Source of the DNA: a virus
IMG/VR virus record: IMGVR_UViG_3300033148_004210
Coordinates: 37,596 to 101,595 of that record
Length of the DNA: 64,000 nucleotides
Direction: 5' to 3' (one strand)
Part shown: positions 9,972-19,580 of the stretch, piece by piece
How the letters are laid out: each line of letters starts with the position of its first letter
Position numbering within the stretch: position 1 is the first letter of the stretch
The notes under the pieces: generated by a model
What the model was told of the DNA's origin: nothing
The model's input: the letters and a program-made list of their open reading frames with translations, nothing else
Database searches by the model: none
Program-made: the position numbers and the translations under genes

Positions 9972-10876
9972 TTTAAACTCCTAATAAATTCCACTAATGT
10001 TTTAATAGGTTCACCAGTTGCTTTATTTTTCTTTTCATCGAAAGCAGATGAGGCAATATCGAGGTGAATCCAATTATTAGGGTATTTAATGAATTGTTTA
10101 AGAAACATCCCTGCCATAATTGTGCCACACTTTTTCTTTGAAGCATTTTGTATTCTTTTCTTGTTAAAATCTTTTTGTAGATAATCCCAAAGTGGTAAAC
10201 GCCATGCTAATTCTCCAGTTTTCATACTTGCTTTTTTATATGCGTGAGTAAATTCTTTAGTTGGTGTCATAAAAGCGGTTGCCTTTTTTCCTAACGCATA
10301 AGCACAAGCTCCAGTTAAAGTCGCTACTGTAATAATTATATCGTTTTTTGAAGCGTTTAAATTCGTAATCGCTTCAGCCAAAATTAATCGACCTTCGGCA
10401 TCTGTATTCGTTATTTCAACTTCTTTAGTTCCTATTTTAATATAATCGCCAGGAATAATTCCATTAGGAATAAAATTTGTAGCTACAGGACAATAAGCAA
10501 TTATATTATCATTATCAAAATAAGAAGAAACTCCAAAAGCTACTGCCATCCCAGCCATATCTGCTTTCATTCCTAACATTTTAGTTTTTAAATCATATCC
10601 TCCTGCATCGAAAAGAATTCCCTTACCTACAATATAAATATTTCTCTTCTTTTTATCAATAGTGTTCATTAAAACAGAAGAAATTATTTTGGCATTTTCA
10701 TGTTGATTAGACATTAATTTAATAGGAGATTTAGAAGAAGTTTCGTTAAGTCCTAAACAAAAAAGAGAATACGCTTTTAATAATTTATCTTGATAATTAT
10801 CAAGATTTAATTTATTATAAGGCATATCAATTAATTTTTTACAAGCATTAATATAATAATCGAGTTTATTCTTCAT
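9968..10876 (-). CDS. M17 leucyl aminopeptidase (mostly the catalytic domain)
   Basis: VGKGILFDAGGYDLK, MKADMAG, NTDAEGRLILAE, ATLTGA, WIHLDIA. Confidence 0.92.
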   Translation of the reverse strand: MKNKLDYYINACKKLIDMPYNKLNLDNYQDKLLKAYSLFCLGLNETSSKSPIKLMSNQHENAKIISSVLMNTIDKKKRNIYIVGKGILFDAGGYDLKTKMLGMKADMAGMAVAFGVSSYFDNDNIIAYCPVATNFIPNGIIPGDYIKIGTKEVEITNTDAEGRLILAEAITNLNASKNDIIITVATLTGACAYALGKKATAFMTPTKEFTHAYKKASMKTGELAWRLPLWDYLQKDFNKKRIQNASKKKCGTIMAGMFLKQFIKYPNNWIHLDIASSAFDEKKNKATGEPIKTLVEFIRSLK

Positions 10877-11110
10877 TTTATATACTCCTGTATTAGTTTT
10901 TTATTTTTCTTCGCAAATTGAATATTCTTAAAATTGAGAGTTAATCTGCCATTATAAGCATGGCAATATAATTTTTGTTTTCTGCGAATTACTTTATAAA
11001 CTTCAAAAGTATATATTATTTCATTTGTTTTTTTGTTTTGCAGTTTAAGAATAGCCTCTGGAAGATGTGCTCCTATTTCTTCAATTTTATTTCTGTTTAA
11101 AGTTATGGTT

Positions 11111-11980
11111 TTATTTTTCATCTAAAATCTCCCTTAAAAGAATTTGAACCTCTTTATCTTTAACTTTTTTTATCCCTTCTATAAGAATTTCTTTTAATTT
11201 TTTAGATTGTGTTATTGTTTTTTCTGGTTTAGCAATTGTATTGGTAAAATTAAGTTTAACTTTAAATACATTAAATTTATGTTTCCATTTATTTATTTCA
11301 TTTACTTCTTTCTTAAATTGGTCGAAAGAATTTATTACCAAACGAATTTGGATTTTGCCAGGGATAATGTTTGGTAACTCTTTTACACTATGAATGTCAA
11401 GCATTGGGTAAGGAGATTTTAAGGGAATAAATTTAATCTTTCCATCTTCTAATAAAATTACCCTTTTAAATTTATCGTCTACTTCATTAAAATGTTGCCA
11501 TCTAATACTTCCTGGATGATAAATTTTATCTTTTTTAAGTTCCTGAAATAAATGCTGATGCCCTAAAAACACAAAATCATATTTTGCCAAATCTTTTACT
11601 CCACACTTACCAGTTCCATATTCAAGTTTGGAGGAATGTAACATGTAATGTCCAAATCGAATATTATCTCTTACAAAATCTCCTTTAACAGAATTAATTC
11701 CCAACTCTTTTAAGAATTCGATAATACTTACATCATGTAAAAGGTCGTGATTCCCTGTGCCTGAAATTATAGTAACATCTTTAAATTTCTTTTTTAATTT
11801 TTTTACAATGGAAGTAGCAAATTTTAACTCCGCAGGAGTAGGTCTATTATGCTCAAAAAAATCACCCAATTGCACAAATCTATCTGCCTTGATTTTTAAT
11901 ATTTCTTTAAAAATTCCTGTCAATTCAGGGATTGCTTTTTCTTCTATATGAATATCTCCGATGATTAAGGATTTGTTCAT
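11111..11980 (-). CDS. SbcD/Mre11/gp47-like nuclease
   Basis: GDIH, LGDFF, GNHD, LGHQH, HPGS motifs; partner of the SbcC-like gene. Start moved to the ATG at 11980. Confidence 0.88.
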   Translation of the reverse strand: MNKSLIIGDIHIEEKAIPELTGIFKEILKIKADRFVQLGDFFEHNRPTPAELKFATSIVKKLKKKFKDVTIISGTGNHDLLHDVSIIEFLKELGINSVKGDFVRDNIRFGHYMLHSSKLEYGTGKCGVKDLAKYDFVFLGHQHLFQELKKDKIYHPGSIRWQHFNEVDDKFKRVILLEDGKIKFIPLKSPYPMLDIHSVKELPNIIPGKIQIRLVINSFDQFKKEVNEINKWKHKFNVFKVKLNFTNTIAKPEKTITQSKKLKEILIEGIKKVKDKEVQILLREILDEK

Positions 11981-12045
11981 TATTGTTTCCTTAAATTTTC
12001 CTCCGCCCATAAGGGTTGGAGATTTTTATAATTAAAACATTTCTT

Positions 12046-12282
12046 TTATTTTTTGTCTGGAGTGGGAAGAGAAGCATAAGCACCTAAATCTTTAACTTCC
12101 TTTTTTTCTTTTTTAATTTTTAATTTAAGACGAATAACTTTTTCTTTGGGTAATCTAAAGACAGAATAATTTTTTTCTAACCATTGTAAGTTCCGTTGTA
12201 ATTTAGCAACACGTTCATAACGCTTGCGAACACTTCTTTCAGTAAGCCATATATTTCTTTTTAATGATGGATGTTGACTCAT
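12046..12282 (-). CDS. PVC-superphylum small basic 'signature' protein homolog (TIGR04137-like)
   Basis: MSQHPSLK...RSVRKRYERV..L....W.....SVFRLPK.K matches the family pattern MSxHxSL..R(S/N)VLKRxER..L....W....SV(F/Y)GLPK. Confidence 0.8.
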   Translation of the reverse strand: MSQHPSLKRNIWLTERSVRKRYERVAKLQRNLQWLEKNYSVFRLPKEKVIRLKLKIKKEKKEVKDLGAYASLPTPDKK

Positions 12283-12979
12283 AATTTATTCTCCTTTATT
12301 TTCAACGACAACAAACCTGCTATCCGCATCTATAAGATTGGGCTTCTTTTTTGAAAGTTTAAGTCCCGAAAGAATTACCCCTACATCGAGAACCTTCTTC
12401 CAACGTGCAAAATTACGAAATTTAGGAGCAATATAAGAGATATAACTTTTACCTGTTAAAGATTTGAAACAAACCAGGTATACATCGCCTCCGAATTTTG
12501 ACCTTTGCTTACTAATTTTAATTATCTCACAAGTCATTTTATTTTCCTTTTTCTGGGTTTTTATCTTTTTCTTTAGGAACTATCCCTAATTCTTTTGCTT
12601 TAGTAATAACTTCATTTACCCCTTTTAATCTTTTAGTTAATTCTTCTAGCTGTTTCTCCAAAGCTTCTTTACCTTTAATAAGCCCAGCTAAATCTATATT
12701 AACTTTTTTTTCAGTTATTACTTGAATTGTATTTGCATCTACTTTTTTGTATTTAGCCATTTTTTATTCCCCTTTAAGTTTTCTTTTTAGTTTTCTTTTG
12801 CAAACTTATTATCCCTTCTTCTATAACACAAATTGGACAAATGTTTAACTCGCAGTATAATATCGAAGCCTTCGTCCATCCCAATATGGTTTTCTCGACC
12901 TCACAATAATCAAAAGGACGTTTACAAATTTTACAATGTATATGTTCTTCCATTTTTTTGCTCCTTTTTTATCTTTGTT

Positions 12980-14014
12980 TTAAATATTGCCATTATACAT
13001 TTTGCCATTGTAGATAAATTTTCCTTTAACAATTCTTATATTTTGAACAAAGAAATAACCATTTGGCATGTAATATACTATTGCAAATCCATGCGACCAT
13101 TTGTTCGGCTTATTTCTTAAATAGTCTGGATTTTTATCACATAAGCAACCCCCATTATAACCGATAATTGCTATTTCTTTCGCAGGAGAACTTGATGACC
13201 TTGAACCTATTCTATGTGTATGAAAAAACAATACATTGGTTTTAAACTCGTCAATATGCTTCTTAACTGCATGCACGTTTGCATATACCCCATGAGTTGT
13301 TGATAATCTTCCGACTTTTTCGATATAATTCAAATTCTCATAAACTTTATAACCACGCTTCTCCAAATGTAATTCTGTTGTAGGATTTAACATCCCTTCC
13401 AAAACAGGCATCTTTTCTATGAGTTGATTATACCAATCTTCATGATTACCCCAAAAATACGCTTTATCGCAATCTTTCGGCAATCTCTTATCGTATTCAT
13501 CTAAAAGAGTATTACCTATAATATAATCTTTTTTGATTCTTTGTGTTTCAAGTGTTTTTCTTTTATGTTCGTTCCAGTGACTTATAGGAGACATATCCAT
13601 ATAATCGCCTACAATCCTAAACCCATCAAATTTAATATCCTCCATAAGTTTATGAATAGCCCTATTTGCAGGAATATTATGGTCTGGAACATGTTGGTCT
13701 GCTACATATAGCCAAATTTTAAAGGTCTCATTATCTCCTTCTTTTTTAACACCTTTAGGCACTTTCCATTGACTTACAGCAAGTTTCTTCTGCTTATCTT
13801 CATCAAGAGTAGAAAGTTTATCCAATCCCAATTTATCTGTAGTTTGAATCACTTTTCTGGATTTAATTTTGTTTTTAGCTCTCAATCTTTGAGCAAATCT
13901 GGAAACTGTTCTTTCCCCTAAGCCCAATAATTGACTGATTTCAAAATCATTCTTACCTATTTTATACAATTCTATAAACAACTTTTCGTTTATTTTAACT
14001 TGTTTCTTTTTCAT
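12980..14014 (-). CDS. HTH-containing calcineurin-like metallophosphoesterase
   Basis: N-terminal HTH; ADQH, GDYMD, GNHE, THG, FHTHR motifs. Confidence 0.82.
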   Translation of the reverse strand: MKKKQVKINEKLFIELYKIGKNDFEISQLLGLGERTVSRFAQRLRAKNKIKSRKVIQTTDKLGLDKLSTLDEDKQKKLAVSQWKVPKGVKKEGDNETFKIWLYVADQHVPDHNIPANRAIHKLMEDIKFDGFRIVGDYMDMSPISHWNEHKRKTLETQRIKKDYIIGNTLLDEYDKRLPKDCDKAYFWGNHEDWYNQLIEKMPVLEGMLNPTTELHLEKRGYKVYENLNYIEKVGRLSTTHGVYANVHAVKKHIDEFKTNVLFFHTHRIGSRSSSSPAKEIAIIGYNGGCLCDKNPDYLRNKPNKWSHGFAIVYYMPNGYFFVQNIRIVKGKFIYNGKMYNGNI

Positions 14015-14015
14015 T

Positions 14016-14285
14016 TTATTTTCTCCTATTTAAAGTAATATCTAAAATCCAATCTTTTTCACCATCTTTAATTCCTACTATTAATTTCGGAAGTTTATTC
14101 GATTCCAATGCTTCGTCCCAAATTTTTTGTAATATTTTTTTTGTAATAGAAAATGATTTCTTTTCAGTATATTTACATTCAATAAGATAATCGTCTGTTT
14201 TTAAATCTCCTTTGTCAAAAAATAAAGCCCCACTATTTATTGTTTTTTGAACTTTTTCTTCGAACTTTCGCCCTATGTTTTTCAT
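14016..14285 (-). CDS. PD-(D/E)xK Holliday-junction-resolvase-like nuclease
   Basis: GRKFE...SGA...KGD...LIECK.T.K.SFSI. Confidence 0.7.
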   Translation of the reverse strand: MKNIGRKFEEKVQKTINSGALFFDKGDLKTDDYLIECKYTEKKSFSITKKILQKIWDEALESNKLPKLIVGIKDGEKDWILDITLNRRK

Positions 14286-14302
14286 TATCTACCTCTACAT
14301 AT

Positions 14303-14332
14303 AGTATATCATATCAACCCTAACACTGTCAA
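14303..14332 (-). promoter_or_regulatory. Sigma70-type promoter TTGACA-N18-TATACT
   Basis: Minus strand reads TTGACAgtgttagggttgatatgaTATACTatatgtagagg; AAAGTTAG lies upstream. Confidence 0.8.
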
Positions 14333-14373
14333 GACTATAGGACTAACTTTTGGAACTCTTAACTATAAGGTAA

Positions 14374-14408
14374 GCTGGGAGGAAAAAATATATATAAATC
14401 CCCCCAGC
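14374..14408 (-). terminator. GC-rich hairpin downstream of ORF 14417..14674
   Basis: GCTGGGGGGA...TCCTCCCAGC on the minus strand; weak U-tract. Confidence 0.4.
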
Positions 14409-14855
14409 AAAATTCCTTATTTCTTTACACCTTCGCTAGGGCTTCTATCTGTTCTCTCGTTTCGTATCTTAACTCCACTTGCCTCAGCGATTTTAACTTG
14501 GTTAGTTCTAATATCAAGCAATAGCTTTAAAATTAGACTACCAATCTTTGCAACATCAGATACAGTAGCTTTTCCTTCCTTAATCCTAGCTTCAATATCA
14601 ACTAAATCTTCTCTTGCATGTTTAGCTCTTAATGGCATATCATTACCTCCCTTCTTAGTCGTTAAATTTCCCAAATTCCATTCCTGATGGCTTTTTGGGT
14701 TGTTCTTTTACTTTATAATATTTTTTTATACAATATTTAATATAAACTTCTTTTATTATTGCCAATAAAATTTGAAATAAACTCCACGCAATAATAGCAC
14801 CAGTAGCAAATAAAAACCCTATTGATACAAATGACAGTGCATTAAGTAGTCCCAT

Positions 14856-17800
14856 TTATTCCTCCTTTAAATCTTTTATTTTAGGGTAAGGTTGTTCAGG
14901 AAATTTTTTATACCAATCTCTTTTTTCTTTTTTATTACCTAGACACATTAAATAAACATGTTTTTTCAAAGCGGATTTTATCTCTAATCTATCTCCGTAA
15001 ATTTGTTCTAAATTTTTCTTAGATGTGCTTCCATGTTTAGCATTTAAATTTCTTGTATGCACTTCTTTCCCATCAATAAAAATTCTTCTTTCTGGTAATA
15101 ATCTCCTTTGAACACCAACATATCTCCAATTAGTTGCTTGATAAATATAACCAATATGTCCATGATTCGGGTCAGCATAAGAAATTAAATATTTAAATTC
15201 TGGTCTATTTTGTCTAATATATTTGAAAGATTGACCTATACAATAACTTTCTATATTTTTAGGTAATCCGTCTTTACTAAATAATCTGATTAATTCTACA
15301 CAATTTTCTCTATCTATCTGTAACCATTCAGTAACTCTTCTTCCTATAGGGCATCCATAGACAACAGCAGTAACTAATTCTTTATTATAATAGAATCCTA
15401 AAGCCAGTTTAACAGATGAAGCAATGGTGTGGGAATAATGATTTTTTATTATGTATTTTTTAGCTTCTCGAAAATCTATTTTTTTTATTTCTAAATCTTT
15501 TAATTCAAAATCCAATTCTTTTATTTGTTTTTTCTCTTTTTGAATTCTTTGATATTCTTGATTTACAATGTCTATATTTGGAGCGAGGTTAGAGACTTGC
15601 ACTCTACTCTCCGAACTGGAAGTTCGGCATGTCTTTTTCGACACTTCCCTCGCAAACTGTTTTTCGTTTTTAAGTTTATTAATATATTCTGCCACTTCGT
15701 CTTTAGTTTCTATTCCTATAATTTCCTTAATATTCCACCCCATTGCCTCAAATATAGTTTGGAGTTTCATTAAAATATTACGATTCTTCATAGTTTCCCA
15801 ATCTACTTTGTTTTTATCCACATGTCCGTATGTTTCTTCATCAAATGCCATCACATTTTTTAATTTGCCTTTAGTTGTAATAGAATGTGTAGTTACTTTC
15901 CCTTTGGTAATTAAATGTTCGATTAATTCTTCTTGTTTAATTTTATCCATATTTTTTACTAAAACTTTTTGTCCAAAATGTAATTCCCATTCTTTCTTTA
16001 ATTTAGAAGAAGTTAATTTACCTCCATCATACCAAAGAATATTCTTTTTATTCTGCTCATATTCATCTGAATTTACATAAATATAATAAAATAATTCTCC
16101 TACTTTTTTCTTAAAAGAAGGAACTAATTCTTGAGCATATTTTGAAGCCCGAACAAAGATTGGCATGTTTTTATATTCATCTATAGGTTTGCCAATTTTA
16201 CAGGGAAAAGCGATATTTTGCAGTGGTTGATTTCTTATTTCTTTAATTTGATTTTTAATCCATACAAAAATAGATTCTTTGGATTCTTTATCGAGTATTT
16301 TATCTATAAGAGTTCGTTGGAATTTTTTCATAAATACAGTGCTATCTTTTCTTTTTGCTTCTACTCCTTTAACTTCTTCTTCTAATCCTTTGTCTGTTCG
16401 AACATAACCAAGATACCTACACTTTGTTAATATCAAAATTTTCTCATAATATCCTTTATATTCGAATTCGTTGACAATATTTTCTTTACCATATTTATCC
16501 TTAGCCCATTTTTTTACTAAACTATTCAAAAGATTGGAAATATCATCAGTATTGTTGTTTATCATAACCCCATCGGTGTCCACATATATAACTTCGTAAC
16601 CCTTTGATTTTAAAGCAGTTATGACATAATGTAAAAGGTCTCGAACTAAAAAAGTAGTCGCAGATGCAACTTGTTTATTATAAAGTCTAAAAAATCTATT
16701 CCCAAATACTCCATATGCACTATTCACAACTGTTTTAACTGCATCATATCTTTTTTTTATATCTTTATAATGTCCACTATTTATTGGACATTTTGATAAA
16801 GCGGACTTAATTTGATTTTTCAAAGTTATCAACTTCTTGACAACTGTTGGAAGTAACGCATTTGAATTTTGTGCGAAATGGCTATTTTCTATAGGAAGTA
16901 TGTCAAAACCATCTGCTATCAATCCTTGTTTATCAGATTTTCTTATATTAGCAGGGTCTAAACAAAAATCTATAATCATTGAGGGGTAGCAAGAACTAAG
17001 GTCATAGATTCCAGTTCCTTCAGTAAACGCTCCAGTTTTAAACGCTTCTCTAAATGCTCCAGCAAAATCTTCTTTTTCTGATAATGTTCCTCTCATTTCG
17101 TCAGGTTTCATTGGTAAAGCTACTTTTTGATTTTTAGCTTCTTGTAATAAAAGCATATCCAATACTCTACTATTCCACAAAAGGTCTTCCCATTCTATTT
17201 TCGACATTCTTCTAATTTCATCAAAATAAGAAATAATTTTATGTTTCTTTTCTAACTCAACTAATATCTTAACATCGTCTATATTTCTTTCTTTTGTTTC
17301 AGGAGAAAGTTTAGAAAAATCTAACTTCATATGCTTCTTGCCACGACCTAAATGTTTTTTAGCAATATAATCTAGAGAATAGGCTTGCTCTCTATTTAAA
17401 GTTACCTTTTTAAACCAAGAAAGATAATCTATAATACTTATACCAGCAGGGTAATAAATTTCTCCGTCTCCATAACGAGTTTGTCCAATAGGACTAATTG
17501 ATTCGGCAAAATCTGGATAACGATTACATAAATACGGAAAATCGAATCTTGTAAAATTCCAACCCAATAATATATCAAATTTCTCTTGTTTAAGATACTC
17601 TATAAAAGAATCTATCATTTTGTATTCTGTTTCATAATCTTCGAGATAAAATGTTTTAATTTTCTCACTAAAAGAATTCGAAACACTAATACAACTAACA
17701 GGTTTATTTGCTTTTTTTACATCAGGCAATTCATCCGATAATATTTCTATATCTATAAAGGAATATTTAATAGGACATTTATCTAATTTATCAATAGCAT

Positions 17801-18056
17801 CAATCATATATCTTTGACAAAATCTTATATCTCCTTCATACGATTTATCACTTCTTTGTTTACGAATGTCGGAAGGCTTGCATATAAATATTTTTCTTAA
17901 AGGAGTTCCATCGAATCCTTTAAATTTACCGTTAATATCGTGTTCGTATAGATAATGAAAGAAATTATTAACTTTTTTAATTTCCTGTTGTCCTTCTTTA
18001 TTACGAAGGAAAAGATATATTTCACGATATTTATTATAAATATTAACTAACTTCAT
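14856..18056 (-). CDS. Family B DNA polymerase fused to a C-terminal Mom-family (GNAT-fold) adenine-modification domain
   Basis: Exo FIDIE and GWNFTRFDFPYL; Pol YDLSSCYPS, KTVVNSAYG, YVDTDG. C-terminal ~200 aa has IIKNHYSH, VVYGCP, ELIRL, PKNIES, ISYADPNHGHIGYIYQATNW and K.VY, characteristic of Mom-like proteins. No internal stop and no separate Met before the Mom domain. Confidence 0.92.
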   Translation of the reverse strand: MKLVNIYNKYREIYLFLRNKEGQQEIKKVNNFFHYLYEHDINGKFKGFDGTPLRKIFICKPSDIRKQRSDKSYEGDIRFCQRYMIDAIDKLDKCPIKYSFIDIEILSDELPDVKKANKPVSCISVSNSFSEKIKTFYLEDYETEYKMIDSFIEYLKQEKFDILLGWNFTRFDFPYLCNRYPDFAESISPIGQTRYGDGEIYYPAGISIIDYLSWFKKVTLNREQAYSLDYIAKKHLGRGKKHMKLDFSKLSPETKERNIDDVKILVELEKKHKIISYFDEIRRMSKIEWEDLLWNSRVLDMLLLQEAKNQKVALPMKPDEMRGTLSEKEDFAGAFREAFKTGAFTEGTGIYDLSSCYPSMIIDFCLDPANIRKSDKQGLIADGFDILPIENSHFAQNSNALLPTVVKKLITLKNQIKSALSKCPINSGHYKDIKKRYDAVKTVVNSAYGVFGNRFFRLYNKQVASATTFLVRDLLHYVITALKSKGYEVIYVDTDGVMINNNTDDISNLLNSLVKKWAKDKYGKENIVNEFEYKGYYEKILILTKCRYLGYVRTDKGLEEEVKGVEAKRKDSTVFMKKFQRTLIDKILDKESKESIFVWIKNQIKEIRNQPLQNIAFPCKIGKPIDEYKNMPIFVRASKYAQELVPSFKKKVGELFYYIYVNSDEYEQNKKNILWYDGGKLTSSKLKKEWELHFGQKVLVKNMDKIKQEELIEHLITKGKVTTHSITTKGKLKNVMAFDEETYGHVDKNKVDWETMKNRNILMKLQTIFEAMGWNIKEIIGIETKDEVAEYINKLKNEKQFAREVSKKTCRTSSSESRVQVSNLAPNIDIVNQEYQRIQKEKKQIKELDFELKDLEIKKIDFREAKKYIIKNHYSHTIASSVKLALGFYYNKELVTAVVYGCPIGRRVTEWLQIDRENCVELIRLFSKDGLPKNIESYCIGQSFKYIRQNRPEFKYLISYADPNHGHIGYIYQATNWRYVGVQRRLLPERRIFIDGKEVHTRNLNAKHGSTSKKNLEQIYGDRLEIKSALKKHVYLMCLGNKKEKRDWYKKFPEQPYPKIKDLKEE
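15579..15653 (-). tRNA. tRNA-Gly(UCC)-like element embedded in the PolB-Mom coding sequence
   Basis: GCGAGGG AA GTGT CGAAAAAG ACAT G CCGAA CTTCCAG TTCGG AGAG TAGAG TGCAAGT CTCTA ACCTCGC T CCA. Acceptor 6/7 bp, D stem, 5-bp anticodon stem with TCC, 5-bp T stem, U73, encoded CCA; 75 nt. Confidence 0.85.
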
Positions 18057-18342
18057 TATGTAATTCCTTCCAAATTTTAACTATAACATCTCCATGACAA
18101 GCTTTCGGTTTACAATAGCATCCAAGTATTATATTTTTTGGCATATCGTCCAATAATTTTCTCCATACACTATAAGGTTCTAAAATGCCAGGTTCAGATA
18201 TTTTTTTCCTTAACCAATTCTCATATTTTGCAATTACTTCTTCTCTTGTTCCATCTTTTCCTATTACAAAAGGATTTCCAAAAGGACTACCTCTTCCTAT
18301 ATAAAAGTCATATTTTTCTTTTCTTAAATTAACGACTCTCAT
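18043..18342 (-). CDS. DUF4326 family protein
   Basis: YIGRGSPFGNPF.IG.DGTREEVI.KY...LGCYCKPKACHGDV. Confidence 0.9.
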   Translation of the reverse strand: MRVVNLRKEKYDFYIGRGSPFGNPFVIGKDGTREEVIAKYENWLRKKISEPGILEPYSVWRKLLDDMPKNIILGCYCKPKACHGDVIVKIWKELHNEVS

Positions 18343-18770
18343 TTCTCTAACTCCTGACCAAAAATTAAACGCATAGTTCTATCAACATTACCGATACCAA
18401 CATATTCATTATCACCCATAAAAAACTCAATCCCTTTTATACCTATTTTTTTTGTTATCTTTTTTTCTAATCCATATACAGCAGTCCTATATAAATCGTC
18501 CATTGCTTTTAAACTTTCCCAATAAGGTTTTAATTTTTTTATTAATGCTTTTGTAACTTTTATATTTTTCATATTATAACTCTCATTTTAATAAATATAT
18601 CTCTCTTTTATAGTTGTTTATTCTAAGCAAATAGGGTTTTTGGAATTCATCACTTTGCCATAAATGTAAATTTAATTCTTCATGCCAAATTTTATCTTTT
18701 AATTCTTCGATTTTAATCTTAATTTTTAATTTTTCTATTTTGTTTTTGAGTTTAGCTATTTTTAAATTTA

Positions 18771-19166
18771 TCATAAATCTAACAACCCTTTCTTCCTCAT
18801 TTTATCTTCTGTCATTTCTTTACCCTTAACTACACGACCACCTTGTTTCTTTCTTTTAATATCTTTAGGTTGAATAAAACCACTATCTACATATGCCAAT
18901 TCAATCATCACCGAATCTTCTACAGCAATAAATCTATGGCGTAAAGGAGGTTTTACTTCGAAGCTTTGATTTTTAGTCAATGTCTTCTGACCAAATTCAG
19001 TTTCAATTCTGACCTTGCCTTCAATGACAACGAACTTATTTATTTTAGTAAGATGAGAATGAGTTGAGCAAAAGGTGTCTTTTTTAACGTAAAGGAGGTC
19101 TATCTCAGTTTGGTCAGTTAATAATATTCGCCGACGTTCGCCCCAAATTTTAAAAATGGAACTCAT
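18771..19166 (-). CDS. Cupin-domain protein
   Basis: KIWG, CSTHSH..K...F.V..G, V.P...HRF.A..DS...E. Confidence 0.75.
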   Translation of the reverse strand: MSSIFKIWGERRRILLTDQTEIDLLYVKKDTFCSTHSHLTKINKFVVIEGKVRIETEFGQKTLTKNQSFEVKPPLRHRFIAVEDSVMIELAYVDSGFIQPKDIKRKKQGGRVVKGKEMTEDKMRKKGLLDL

Positions 19167-19576
19167 AATTTTACTCCTTTTTGTCTATTTTCTTTTGCCC
19201 ATAAGGGCTGTAAATTAGTATAATGAAAGCATTTCTTTTGTTCTTCAGGTTTACTTAAATCAAAACTACAACAAGGTTTTATATGGTCTACACACCATTT
19301 TCTTTTCCCTTTTCCATAATTTTTCCAAGTCATACCTTTTTTGAATTGATTTTGTAAATATTCTTTTCGTTGTTTTTTTATCTTCGCTTTATTTTTACAT
19401 TGGTATTTTTTGCTGTATTTTAAACTTTTTTCTTTGTTATCATTATACCATTTTGCATCATACTCTTTTCTACAATGTCTACAATAATTACTATATCCAT
19501 CCTTTCTTATTTTATTTTTGTAAAATTTATTTATACTTTTTATTCTATAACATCTACTACAAATCTTAGTTTTCAT
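19163..19576 (-). mobile_element. HNH homing endonuclease, internally shortened
   Basis: CSRC...CRHC zinc finger; LQNQF..GM.W.NYG...W.VDHIKPC..F...CFHYTNLQPLWA.EN. Paralog of 57816..58514 but lacks its central segment. Confidence 0.75.
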
Positions 19577-19580
19577 AGTT

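Noticed and set aside
9968-10876. PepA acting as Xer accessory factor for the recombinase
   Set aside because: It lacks most of the N-terminal domain implicated in DNA binding and is unlinked to the recombinase.
15579-15653. The tRNA-like element as an integration (attP) site or ordinary translational tRNA
   Set aside because: Far from the recombinase, full length rather than a 3' fragment, and missing U8, G18G19 and TTC. Not formally excluded.
15525-16080. Plus-strand ORFs 15525..15773 and 15568..16080
   Set aside because: Antisense shadows of PolB with no motifs; the local GC-rich patch is explained by the embedded tRNA.
14856-18056. Intein in PolB as the cause of its length
   Set aside because: No C/S...HN-C/S/T splice junctions or LAGLIDADG motifs seen; the extra length is the Mom domain and linker.
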